Source of the DNA: an uncultured Actinomycetes bacterium
GTDB taxonomy: Bacteria; Actinomycetota; Actinomycetes; S36-B12; CAIYMF01
Direction of reading: 5' to 3'
DNA: 32,000 nt
Assembly (NCBI GenBank): GCA_963843975.1
Contig: CAWJMG010000001.1
Location: 180,001-212,000 of the forward strand
Of the stretch, positions 1 to 8,619 are shown in pieces. The notes under the pieces are model-generated. The model saw nothing but the letters and a program-made list of their open reading frames with translations. It made no database searches and was not told the DNA's origin. Position numbers and translations under genes: made by a program. Each line of letters opens with the position of its first letter. Position 1 is the stretch's first letter.

Positions 1-748
1 TCTCGGTCGAGATCGAGATGCCCTTGCCCTGGGCTACCGCGGTGAACTCGGCGTCGAACGTCGCCGCCTCACCGGCCACGAGCGCCGGGCCGCTCTCGCG
101 GAACTCCTCAGCCAGCCAGTACTCGCGCCACGCACCCGCGCTCTTTGGCGCGGCGATAATCGGCTCGGCCAGGATGTCTTGCAGCACAAGGGAGACCCGA
201 CGTGCGAACCGATGGTCGAGTGGAAGGCAGGCGACCCAGCCCTCTTGTGATATCTCGAGGTAGCGGAGGCCCTTCACGTCGATCGGCGGGCGCACCAGCG
301 CGATGTCGACGGAGCCAGAGGCAAGCCCTGCGGACGGGTCGGAGAAGTCGTACTCGACTGTCTCGACGCGGATCTCGGGGTAGGCGTCGGTGAAGTCGCG
401 CAGCAGTCTGGGGAGGCGTTCGAGTCCGGCACCGATCAGGTAGCCCAGCCGAAGGATCCCGCGCGTACCGTCCGCCCACCGGGTGGCCGACTCCAGAGCC
501 GCGTCCAACGCCGCGAGCGCCGGGCTGACCCGGGCCAGGAAGTCCTCGCCTGCGGGCGTGAGGCTCACATTCCGGGTCGACCTCGTGAGAAGCGGTACCG
601 ACACGGCCTTCTCGAGCTGCTGGATGGCCAGCGACAGCGCTGGCTGCGACACGTGCAGCCTCGCAGCGGCGCGGCCGAAGTGGAGCTCCTCGGCCAGGAC
701 GACGAAGGCTCGCAGCTGGCGCTGCGTCACCTCTGGCGTCGTGGGCAT
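1..748 (-). CDS. LysR-family transcriptional regulator (C-terminus lies off the window)
   Basis: Not in the ORF track because it runs off the edge. My reverse-strand translation from CAT at 746-748 reads MPTTPEVTQRQLRAFVVLAEELHFGRAAARLHVSQPALSLAIQQLEKAVSVPLLTRSTRNVSLTPAGEDFLARVSPALAALD... and stays open down to position 2 (249 codons). The N-terminal winged-HTH pattern is typical of LysR-type regulators. The gene is divergent from an MFS gene. Confidence 0.85.
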   Translation of the reverse strand, partial: MPTTPEVTQRQLRAFVVLAEELHFGRAAARLHVSQPALSLAIQQLEKAVSVPLLTRSTRNVSLTPAGEDFLARVSPALAALDAALESATRWADGTRGILRLGYLIGAGLERLPRLLRDFTDAYPEIRVETVEYDFSDPSAGLASGSVDIALVRPPIDVKGLRYLEISQEGWVACLPLDHRFARRVSLVLQDILAEPIIAAPKSAGAWREYWLAEEFRESGPALVAGEAATFDAEFTAVAQGKGISISTE

Positions 749-2048
749 GCAGCGATTGAAGCATCCCGGGCCGCGGCAGTGGTTGGATCAACCGGTGACG
801 TACGACCCCGCCATCGGCCACCCGGCACACCCGCCGCCCTCCGCGCCGCGGGACGCAGCTCACGCCCGGTTCTGGCGCCCCGCCGTCCTCGCCAGCGCGG
901 CCGCCTTCCTCGTCAACGCGCTCATCATCTCGACCTGGGTGTCGCGACTACCGGCCACTCGGGACCGCCTCGACCTCGACACCGGCACGATCGGTCTCAC
1001 CCTGCTGATGTCGGGCGTCGGCGCCCTGGTCGCGATGCCGTTCGCGGGCCGGCTCGCCGCGAGGTGGCGCAGCGGCCCACTCGTCATGGCTTCCTCAGGG
1101 CTGTGCTCGCTCTGCCTCGTCGTGCTGTCGATCACGCCGAACGCCCTCACCACAGGTGCTGTCCTCTTCGTGCTCGGTGCCTGCCTCGGCGTCTGGGACG
1201 TGTCGATGAACATCCAGGGCTCGTTTGTCGACCGTCGCTCGGGCCGCGACTACATGCCGCGGTATCACGCGTCGTGGTCGGTCGGGGCCGCGATCGGCGC
1301 GCTGGTTCTCGGAGCCGGTGCCGCAGCGCTCGGTGTCAGCCTCACCCTGCACTTCGCCGTCGTCGGCATCATGGCCACGGGACTCAGCGCCCTGCTCGTT
1401 GTCCGTTGGTATCTCGACGACCGCGAACCGCCCGTCGCGCGCGTCCCGGTGGTCGACGCCGAGGACGGCAGCACCACGTCGACGAAGCCCCGGCTGCTCG
1501 ACCGACGCCTCGTCCTACTCGGCATCATCACCTTGTGCTCGTGCCTTCTGGAGGGCTCCGCCGCCGACTGGATCGCGCTGTACCTCACCTCCGAACGCGC
1601 TGCCAGCGAAACGATCGCAGCTGTCGGATACGGGCTGTGGGCCGCAGCCATGGCGGCCTCCCGCTACTCGGGCACCACCCTCATCGACCGACTCGGGCGA
1701 GTCCGCGCGATCCGGCTCGCGGGCGCCGTTGTCCTCGCCGGCGTCGTGGCCACCTTGGCGGCCCCAGGTGTATACGGATCGCTCGTGGGGGTCCTGCTGT
1801 GGGGCGCCGGCGTCGCCCTCGTGTTCCCCGCGGCCATGAGCGCGGGGGGCGAGACGCCCGGCAGAGCTGCCGCCGGCATCGCCGCCGTATCGACGATCGG
1901 ATACGGCGGGTTCCTCGTCGGGCCGCCGCTCATCGGAGTCCTCGGACAGCACATCGGCCTCGGAAACGCGCTCTGGATCCTGCCCGTCCTCGGCCTCGGC
2001 ATCGTCCTGCTCGCCCCGATCGTGAAGCCCCTCCGCGCGACCCCCTGA
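747..2048 (+). CDS. MFS transporter
   Basis: ORF 483..2048. Residues encoded before 747 are antisense to the LysR gene and do not look like protein. From MQRLKH... there are about 12 hydrophobic segments and MFS loop motifs (PFAGRLAARWRSGP after TM2, LIDRLGRVRAIRL in the second half). The start is uncertain: ATG 747, TTG 783 or GTG 795. Confidence 0.8.
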   Translation: MQRLKHPGPRQWLDQPVTYDPAIGHPAHPPPSAPRDAAHARFWRPAVLASAAAFLVNALIISTWVSRLPATRDRLDLDTGTIGLTLLMSGVGALVAMPFAGRLAARWRSGPLVMASSGLCSLCLVVLSITPNALTTGAVLFVLGACLGVWDVSMNIQGSFVDRRSGRDYMPRYHASWSVGAAIGALVLGAGAAALGVSLTLHFAVVGIMATGLSALLVVRWYLDDREPPVARVPVVDAEDGSTTSTKPRLLDRRLVLLGIITLCSCLLEGSAADWIALYLTSERAASETIAAVGYGLWAAAMAASRYSGTTLIDRLGRVRAIRLAGAVVLAGVVATLAAPGVYGSLVGVLLWGAGVALVFPAAMSAGGETPGRAAAGIAAVSTIGYGGFLVGPPLIGVLGQHIGLGNALWILPVLGLGIVLLAPIVKPLRATP

Positions 2049-2065
2049 CACCCCCACCGGGTGGA

Positions 2066-3328
2066 TCAGCAGAGCTCGGCGGGCCAGGCCTTGTAGCCGG
2101 TCTCGGTGGGCCACGTGCTGATCAGCAGGTAGGGGATGCCGTCGACCGAGCCGATCCAGTACTGGTCGGGTGCTCCCGCGTAGCCGATGGGCACGTGCTC
2201 CGAGGACACGTACGCGCCGGTGGCCGCGCGGTCGAAGCTGCGCAGCACCTCGGCGGCAGCCTCGTTGCGCGTCCGCCCTTCGCCTTCGTGACCACCGGCG
2301 AAGTCGGCCAGGCCGCTGTAGTGGCAGCTGTACTCGGACAGCTCACCCGGCCACCAGAAGCCCCGGGGGTCGACGACCGTCACGGTGGCGGCGGGTCCGC
2401 GCGCTGCATCGTCGGCGGGCACGTAGCACGACAGCGTGAGCGGGCCCGGAGGGAACTGGCGCGTCCAGGTGGTCGGTGCCGCCGGCAGGGTGTCGCCGCC
2501 GCTGGTGCCGCCGAACGGGCTCGACGTCGCCTGGTACGCCAGATAGGCGCCCTTCGGCAGGGTGCTGGAGACACGCAGGAGCACACCGGAGCGCTGCGCG
2601 GCGACGGTGTCGCCGGACACCGTGATCCCCTCCGCCGAGCACGTCACCTCGAGCACAGCCTCCGCACCGGTCGGTGCCGTCACCGGCGTCGTGGTCGGCG
2701 CGGGCTCGGGTGCCGCCGACCGCTGCAGGACGACGAGAGGCGACCCGCGGTCGTTCATGAGCGTGAGCGAGTCGGCGCCGCCGCTGAGCGTTGCCGAGGT
2801 CGTGGTGACGAGGGCGCCCATGAGCTGGTCGTACGGGCAGAACTCGTAGGTGATAGGGCCCGTGCGTCGGGCTTCGAACGCCCCGGAGGAACGGACGATG
2901 AACTCGCCGGACCGGGGCAGGCAGGAGCCGGTCACCCCCCACACCGATCGTCCGTCGACCAGGCTGAACGTCACCGTCCGTGCCGGCGGCTGCGTACCGG
3001 TCGAGGGCACCGGCCAGGTGTCGTCCACGACGGCCCAGGTACCGAGGACCTGGTCGACCGAGGTCACCAGCTGCGGCGACGGTGGTGCGACGGAGACCGA
3101 GTCCGTCGGGTCCGCCGGAAGCACGTGCGTCCCGGTGACACGCGGGAAGAGGCCGAGGCCGAGGGCACTGACGAGGGCGAGGACTCCGACGACCGACCCC
3201 ACGGTCGCGGCGACGCGGATGCGATGGCGGCGGCGTCCGCCGCGCAGGACGGCGTCGAGGTCGATGCGGTCGACGCCGGGGGTTGCGACGGCGACGGCGA
3301 ACCTCTCGTGCAGGTCGGTGTCGTTCAC
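2066..3328 (-). CDS. Single-pass membrane protein coupled to the ECF sigma factor; ectodomain with a META-like (HslJ-type) segment
   Basis: 420-aa ORF with a GTG start at 3328 that overlaps the sigma stop codon (GTGA). GGAGGAGG lies 4 nt upstream. It has a short cytoplasmic N-terminus, then a TM segment (VAATVGSVVGVLALVSALGLGLF). The segment LGTWAVVDD...TVTFSLVDGRSVWGVTGSCLPRSGEFIV...TYEFCPYDQLMGALV...SLTLMNDRGSPLVV follows the META-domain pattern as I remember it. The C-terminal half is Cys-containing and of unknown function. Confidence 0.7.
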   Translation of the reverse strand: MNDTDLHERFAVAVATPGVDRIDLDAVLRGGRRRHRIRVAATVGSVVGVLALVSALGLGLFPRVTGTHVLPADPTDSVSVAPPSPQLVTSVDQVLGTWAVVDDTWPVPSTGTQPPARTVTFSLVDGRSVWGVTGSCLPRSGEFIVRSSGAFEARRTGPITYEFCPYDQLMGALVTTTSATLSGGADSLTLMNDRGSPLVVLQRSAAPEPAPTTTPVTAPTGAEAVLEVTCSAEGITVSGDTVAAQRSGVLLRVSSTLPKGAYLAYQATSSPFGGTSGGDTLPAAPTTWTRQFPPGPLTLSCYVPADDAARGPAATVTVVDPRGFWWPGELSEYSCHYSGLADFAGGHEGEGRTRNEAAAEVLRSFDRAATGAYVSSEHVPIGYAGAPDQYWIGSVDGIPYLLISTWPTETGYKAWPAELC

Positions 3329-3846
3329 AGCGCCTCCTCCGGCGTGGTGACGTGGTCGGTATCTGGCTCGAGCGCCGCGCGCAGGGCGTCGAGGCCGCGA
3401 CTGGCCTGGGAGCGGACGTTGCTGGCGGACGTGCCGAGGATCTGGGCCGTCTGCTCGATGGACAGGTCCTCCCAGTAGCGCAGCACCAGCACCGCGCGCT
3501 GCCCCTTCGGCACCTGGTGAAGCGCGGTCATGAGCTGGTCGCGGTCGCCGTCAGCTGGATGGGCCTGACCGTCGGCGACGTCGGGCAGGTCGGCCTCCGG
3601 CCGCTCCCGGCGCGAGGGCCGACGCCGGTGGTCGAGGTAGAGGTTCACGAGGATCTTGCGGGCGTACGGCGCGGGATCGCCCGCGGCCGAGACGCGCGGC
3701 CAGACGCCGTACAGGCGGGTGAGCGCGTCCTGGACGAGGTCGTCGGCGAGGTACCAGTCGCCCGACAGCAGGTACGCCGTCGTCCGCAGGCCGTCGCGGC
3801 TCGTCGCCACCCAGCCCACGAAGTCCGCCTCCGCACCCTGCCTCAC
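3325..3846 (-). CDS. ECF (sigma-70 family, group 4) RNA polymerase sigma factor
   Basis: 173 aa. Region 2-like segment DLVQDALTRLY...YARKILVNLYLDHRRR and region 4 HTH QRAVLVLRYWEDLSIEQTAQILGTSASNVRSQASRGLDALR. GTG start at 3846 with GGAGGA 7 nt upstream. Confidence 0.9.
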   Translation of the reverse strand: MRQGAEADFVGWVATSRDGLRTTAYLLSGDWYLADDLVQDALTRLYGVWPRVSAAGDPAPYARKILVNLYLDHRRRPSRRERPEADLPDVADGQAHPADGDRDQLMTALHQVPKGQRAVLVLRYWEDLSIEQTAQILGTSASNVRSQASRGLDALRAALEPDTDHVTTPEEAL

Positions 3847-4093
3847 GCGCCCATCCTCCCCGTGGGGCGACCGACGCCCTACCCCCTACACGTGAGCGGA
3901 GCGTCGAAACGCTGCACGACGCCGCACGCCGCTTCGACGTCGACCCGTGACGTGCGTCTCGCCCCGTGTCCTGCCACCGGACGACGGCCTGCGGCGTACC
4001 GCGGAGTCAGGTGTGCTGGTCGTACCACGTGAGAGCCGCCGCCGCCGTCGCGCTCAACGCGTCCATCCCTCGCACCCTCGCCCCGGGAGACCC

Positions 4094-4927
4094 ATGACCT
4101 CGGCTCGTCGCTGGACCCTTGCTGCCGCCGCTCTGTCGTGCGCCACCATGCTGACCTCCTGCGGGAGCTCGGCACCGGAAGGCCCGAAGCTCGTGTGGTC
4201 GGACGAGTTCGCCGGCGCGGCCGGTGCGGCACCGGACGCGACGAGCTGGAAGCCCGTCTCCGGCGGCGACGGCTGGGGCAACGGCGAGCTCCAGTGCTAC
4301 ACGGACTCGCGTGAGAACAGCATCGTCGACGGCAAGGGCTACCTCGTCATCTCGGCCCGACCGACGCCTGGCCACGCCTGCGCCGACGGGAAGTACAACG
4401 ACTTCACCTCGGCCCGCCTCATCACCCAGGGCCTGCGCAGCTTCCAGTACGGCACGTTCGAGATGCGCGCCAAGGTGCCCACCGGCGTCGGCGCCTGGCC
4501 GGCGTTCTGGGCGCTCGGGCAGGACCACGAGACGGCGGGCTGGCCTGCCTCGGGCGAGATCGACGTGACCGAGGTGCTCGGCCGCGAGCCGACCATCACC
4601 CACGGCTCGGTGCACGGGCCGAAGGCCGACGGATCGCCGTTCACCCTCACCGGCCAGCGGGTACTGCCCGCCGACCTCGGCACCGGCTTCCACGTCTACT
4701 CGACGACGTGGACCCGCGACGGCATCTCCTTCGCCATCGACGGCGAGGAGTACCAGCGCGTCACGCGTGCCGAGGTGGAGGCGCAGGGCCGATGGGTGTT
4801 CGACCAGCCGTTCTACCTGCTGCTCAACGTCGCCGTCGGCGGCCGGTGGCCCGGGCCGCCCTCAGCGAGCACCACCTGGCCGCAGCAGATGGTCGTCGAC
4901 TACGTGCGGGTGTACGCCGACCGCTGA
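4094..4927 (+). CDS. GH16-family beta-glucanase (laminarinase-like), predicted lipoprotein
   Basis: Inside ORF 3947..4927. ATG at 4094 is preceded by GGGAGA. Signal peptide with lipobox MTSARRWTLAAAALSCATMLTSC. GH16 catalytic motif E-x-D-x-x-E is seen as GEIDVTE. Flanking GH16 blocks are present: WPAFWALG, LLLNVAVGG, VDYVRVY. Confidence 0.9.
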   Translation: MTSARRWTLAAAALSCATMLTSCGSSAPEGPKLVWSDEFAGAAGAAPDATSWKPVSGGDGWGNGELQCYTDSRENSIVDGKGYLVISARPTPGHACADGKYNDFTSARLITQGLRSFQYGTFEMRAKVPTGVGAWPAFWALGQDHETAGWPASGEIDVTEVLGREPTITHGSVHGPKADGSPFTLTGQRVLPADLGTGFHVYSTTWTRDGISFAIDGEEYQRVTRAEVEAQGRWVFDQPFYLLLNVAVGGRWPGPPSASTTWPQQMVVDYVRVYADR

Positions 4928-6520
4928 GGTCTCCAGCACGCGCTCGCCGAGATTGCGCAGGTCGACGACCGTCTCGGCCGCGGTGCGGCCCGTGCGGGTC
5001 GCCAGGACGACGCCGACGAACGTCACCATGACCGCAGCGTTCACCGCGGCCCAGAACAGCATGGGCAGCGAGAGCCGGTCGGTCACCACAGAAGACGCCA
5101 GGCACGCGACGGCGACGACGCCGATGACCATGTGCGGCAGGATCATCGCGATCGGCGTGCGGTCGCGCTGACCCTCGCCCTTCGGCGTCACCTTGAAGAC
5201 CAGGCGCTTCTGCCGCAGCACTCCGATCGTCGCGAGCAGGTAGACCGGTGCCGTCACGACCGCCATGAAGCGGCCCGCCAGATGCAGGCCGCGGTCCCTG
5301 GACGGGTCGGGGTTGAACCGCTGGAGCCACGACGCGACGAGCTGACGCGCCACGACCAGCGGCATGACCCACAGCAGCATCTCCACGAGACCTACGTCGG
5401 CGGGCGTGATGCCGGTGGCGAAGTACAGGACCAGGAGCACGAGCCCGACCGCCGTGGCGATGCCCGAGAAGTAGTGCTGCTGGAGCGACACGTAGAGCGC
5501 AGCCTGCCGCCGGCTCATCTCCTTCACGAGCGCAGGCGTGTGCCAGCGCAGGATGTCCATGCAGCCGAAGGCCCAGCGCGTCTGCTGGTTGAAGTACGCC
5601 TGCCACGTCTCCGGTCCCTCGCCGATCGCGAGCGGCACGGGCACGTAGCGACTGCGCCATCCGGCCGCGTGCATGCGCATGCCTGTGAGCAGGTCCTCGG
5701 TGAGGTGGCCGGCGTACAGGCCGACCTCGCGCAGGGCGGCGACGCGGACCACGTGGTTCGCGCCGATCATGTTGGAGTGCCCGCGCGAGGCGAGCCCGCG
5801 CAGCAGGGGGCCGTAGAAGGCGTACTGCTGCTGGGATGCACCCCGGGCGACGAACGACTGGTCGCCGTTGCCGTAGACCTGCGGGGTGCCCACGAAGCCG
5901 ACCGTCGGGTCGTCGAAGTGACCGAGGGTCCGCGTCAGGAAGTCGCGCGACGGCACGAAGTCGGTGTCGATCTGCGCCACGACGTCGTACTCGTCGCCGA
6001 AGGCGTCGTACCACGCGTTGTGGTTGCCGCCCTTGGTGCGTGCCGTGAACGGGCCGGCCACGAGGTTGTAGCGCCGCACGCCGGCGCGGCTGAAGTAGCG
6101 GACGCCGAGCTCCTCGCACAGCAGCCGGACCTCGTCCACGCCGCCCTCGTCGAGCACCCACGTGTCGTGCGCGTAGTCGGCCGCCTGCATCGCAGGCAGC
6201 GTCACGCGCAGGAGGTCGAGCGGCTCGGACGACGGCACGAAGGTCGTGATGAAGGCGACGCGGAGCCCGGCGGCGGGTGCCGGCGGCTCCTCCTCCACCT
6301 TCATGCCCCACGCCACGACCCAGGTGAACGCGTCCATGAAGAGCCGGTGCCCGAACACCAGGGTCAGGAGCACGAAGAGGCCCACGTCGACCACGTGCCA
6401 CCAGCCCTGGAAGCTGGCGCCGACGTGCTCGGGCCGGAACCACCAGCCGAAGAAGACGACGAGGGAAGCGACCGCCAGCGCGAGCAGCGCGGAGTACTGG
6501 ATGCGTTCGCTGCGGGTCAT
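4862..6520 (-). CDS. Processive family-2 glycosyltransferase, cellulose/curdlan-synthase-like (GT2-A)
   Basis: Inside ORF 4862..6670. ATG at 6520 (MTRSERIQYSALL...) with GGAG upstream, and its start overlaps the stop of the upstream acyltransferase (ATGA). Motifs seen: VLDEGG, TKGGNHN, QIDTDF (DxD), LTEDLLTG (TED), QQTRW (QxxRW), FKVTPKG. Multiple TM segments flank the catalytic domain. 552 aa. I saw no PilZ-like motif. Confidence 0.9.
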   Translation of the reverse strand: MTRSERIQYSALLALAVASLVVFFGWWFRPEHVGASFQGWWHVVDVGLFVLLTLVFGHRLFMDAFTWVVAWGMKVEEEPPAPAAGLRVAFITTFVPSSEPLDLLRVTLPAMQAADYAHDTWVLDEGGVDEVRLLCEELGVRYFSRAGVRRYNLVAGPFTARTKGGNHNAWYDAFGDEYDVVAQIDTDFVPSRDFLTRTLGHFDDPTVGFVGTPQVYGNGDQSFVARGASQQQYAFYGPLLRGLASRGHSNMIGANHVVRVAALREVGLYAGHLTEDLLTGMRMHAAGWRSRYVPVPLAIGEGPETWQAYFNQQTRWAFGCMDILRWHTPALVKEMSRRQAALYVSLQQHYFSGIATAVGLVLLVLYFATGITPADVGLVEMLLWVMPLVVARQLVASWLQRFNPDPSRDRGLHLAGRFMAVVTAPVYLLATIGVLRQKRLVFKVTPKGEGQRDRTPIAMILPHMVIGVVAVACLASSVVTDRLSLPMLFWAAVNAAVMVTFVGVVLATRTGRTAAETVVDLRNLGERVLETSAVGVHPHVVDDHLLRPGGAR

Positions 6521-8619
6521 CCGGAGGTCTCCTGTCGTGCGGCCGCCCGGAGGGTCGGGGCGAGCATGGGCGCGAGCGTGGTCGAGAACGTGTTCGAGAG
6601 GTGGCTGTCGTCGCGGTAGACGAGCTCGTTGCCGACGATGACGGGGCAGGCCTCCGGCGAGCACAGCCACGAGAGCGGCTCGATCATGGGGAAGCCTGCG
6701 GCCTTCGCCGCACGTCCCACCTGCCGGTGCCGATCCGTGTAGAGCGCGGAGCCGTGATACGCGTCAGCCCTCGAGACCTGGCAGGCACGGACGTCTGCGA
6801 GGTTGGCCGCGACGCAGGTCGGCACGTCACCGCTCGGGTACGGCGTGTCCCGGATCAGCTCGACGCGGCTGCCCGCCTGCCTCAGCTTCTCGAGCGTGAC
6901 GACCGTCTGCTCGGCCCACGTCTCGTTCGAGACGAGACGGCCGGGGACGGAGTCGCTCTGGCTGACGAGGACGAGGTCGGGCTTCAGGGCGGCGATGCGC
7001 TCGAGAGTCTGCTCCCGCCACGTCGTGCATTCGGTGTAGTCGCGCTTGAGGGTGGGATTGACCAGCGTGACGTCGGCGACCGGGCACGCGGCCTTGGTCA
7101 GCGACACGACCTTCCAGTGCTGGGCCTTCGCCTCGGTGTCGAGGGCGCCCATCCACTGCTGCGCGTGCGAGTCGCCGAAGAGCACCACGGTGCGTGCGCC
7201 TGCTGGGTCGCCGTACTCGCACGCTCCCTGATCGATCTGCAGGAAGCCGAGATGGCAGCCCGACTCGGTGATGGCGACGTCGCGGCGCGCCGACTGCAGC
7301 TCCGGAGTCAGGTTGCCGGGGACGGCCGGGTTGTCGGCCGCGACGACGAGTGCCTCGGCCAGAGCGGCGGGGCGGCTCGAGGTCAGGGTCAGCGGAGCCG
7401 CCGGTGCGCCGTTGCCGGCGACGGCGGGTGCAGTGAGCAGCACAGCTCCGGCAGCGATCGCGGAGGCACCTGACAGCAGCGCGCCGCGGCGCAGCCACGG
7501 CCCTGTGCGCAGCGAGGTGCGCAGGGCGGGTCGCTCGACGGCGACGTAGGTGAGACCCGCGAACCAGAGGGCGATCACGCACATCTCGAGGTTCCGGATC
7601 CACGAGAGCTCGAGGCCCAGCACCGCCGGTGCGAGCAGGAGAACCGGCCAGTGCCAGAGGTACCAGCCGTAGGACACCCGCCCGATCCACTGCACCGGGC
7701 GATGGTCGAGGACCAGGTCGGCACTCCGGCGCGGCGCGCCCCCGCAGCCGCCCGCGATGACGAGCACGGTGCCGAGCACCGGCGCGAGCGCAGCGATGCC
7801 CGGGAAGGGCGTGGCGTCGTCGTAGCGCAGCGCGCTGCCGATCACGAGAGCGAGACCGACCCACGTGGCGGGTGCGCGCAGCCAGGCGGGCACAGTCGAG
7901 AGCCGGGTGATCGCGAGGGCGACGAGCGCCCCGATCCCGAACTCCCAGGCGCGCGTGAGTGCGGAGAAGTACGCCGTCGGCGCGGACGACGCGGTCAGCG
8001 ACACCGACAGCAGCAGGCTGCCCACCACCACGAGCACCACCAGCGCCGCCGTCAGCCAGCGGCCGGTCCGCCGGGCCACGGCGACGCCGGCCAGCACGAG
8101 CAGCGGCCAGGCGAGGTAGAACTGCTCCTCGACGGCCAACGACCAGAAGTGCTGCAGCGGCGACGCCGTCTCGCTCGCCGCGAGGTAGTCGACGCCCTGG
8201 TTCGCCAGGTGCACGTTGACGGCGTACCCGGAGGTCCAGATGGCGTCCCAGGCTGTCGCGCGCAGCGCGAGCGCCGGGCCCCAGAAGCGTGCGACCACCA
8301 GCGTCACCACGACCACGACGACCGCTGCGGGCAGCAGCCGTCGGATGCGCCGGGCGTAGAAGGCACCGAGCGCGAGCCGACCGGTGCTCGAGATCTCGCG
8401 CACGATGTGGCCGGTGATGAGGAAGCCGCTGATCACGAAGAAGACGTCGACGCCGACGTAGCCGCCCGTGATGCCCGGCACGCCCGCGTGGTAGAGCACG
8501 ACGAGCAGCACGGCGACGGCGCGCAGTCCCTGGATGTCGGCGCGGAAGCGCCTTGTGCCCTCGACGACGTCGAGGTCGTTGGCGGAGGTCGCTGTCGACG
8601 AGGCGATCGTGGCCGTCAT
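6517..8619 (-). CDS. Acyltransferase-3 (OafA/OatA-type) membrane O-acyltransferase fused to a C-terminal SGNH domain
   Basis: 700 aa. AT3 signature RADIQGLRAVAVLLVVLYH ... VDVFFVISGFLI, with about 10 TM segments. The C-terminal SGNH block I is VVLFGDSHAQQW and block V is DDSH. ATGA overlaps occur at both ends (8616-8619 and 6517-6520). Confidence 0.9.
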   Translation of the reverse strand: MTATIASSTATSANDLDVVEGTRRFRADIQGLRAVAVLLVVLYHAGVPGITGGYVGVDVFFVISGFLITGHIVREISSTGRLALGAFYARRIRRLLPAAVVVVVVTLVVARFWGPALALRATAWDAIWTSGYAVNVHLANQGVDYLAASETASPLQHFWSLAVEEQFYLAWPLLVLAGVAVARRTGRWLTAALVVLVVVGSLLLSVSLTASSAPTAYFSALTRAWEFGIGALVALAITRLSTVPAWLRAPATWVGLALVIGSALRYDDATPFPGIAALAPVLGTVLVIAGGCGGAPRRSADLVLDHRPVQWIGRVSYGWYLWHWPVLLLAPAVLGLELSWIRNLEMCVIALWFAGLTYVAVERPALRTSLRTGPWLRRGALLSGASAIAAGAVLLTAPAVAGNGAPAAPLTLTSSRPAALAEALVVAADNPAVPGNLTPELQSARRDVAITESGCHLGFLQIDQGACEYGDPAGARTVVLFGDSHAQQWMGALDTEAKAQHWKVVSLTKAACPVADVTLVNPTLKRDYTECTTWREQTLERIAALKPDLVLVSQSDSVPGRLVSNETWAEQTVVTLEKLRQAGSRVELIRDTPYPSGDVPTCVAANLADVRACQVSRADAYHGSALYTDRHRQVGRAAKAAGFPMIEPLSWLCSPEACPVIVGNELVYRDDSHLSNTFSTTLAPMLAPTLRAAARQETSG

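Noticed and set aside
483-746. N-terminal 88-aa extension of the MFS ORF
   Set aside because: It is the antisense of the LysR HTH-coding region and is Ser/Ala/Arg-rich, with no signal or TM character.
653-3478. 941-aa ORF on the plus strand spanning the MFS gene and the antisense of the membrane-protein gene
   Set aside because: The translation is Arg/Pro/Gly/Ala-rich with no motifs. It overlaps well-supported genes in other frames, and is a typical stop-poor shadow ORF of high-GC DNA.
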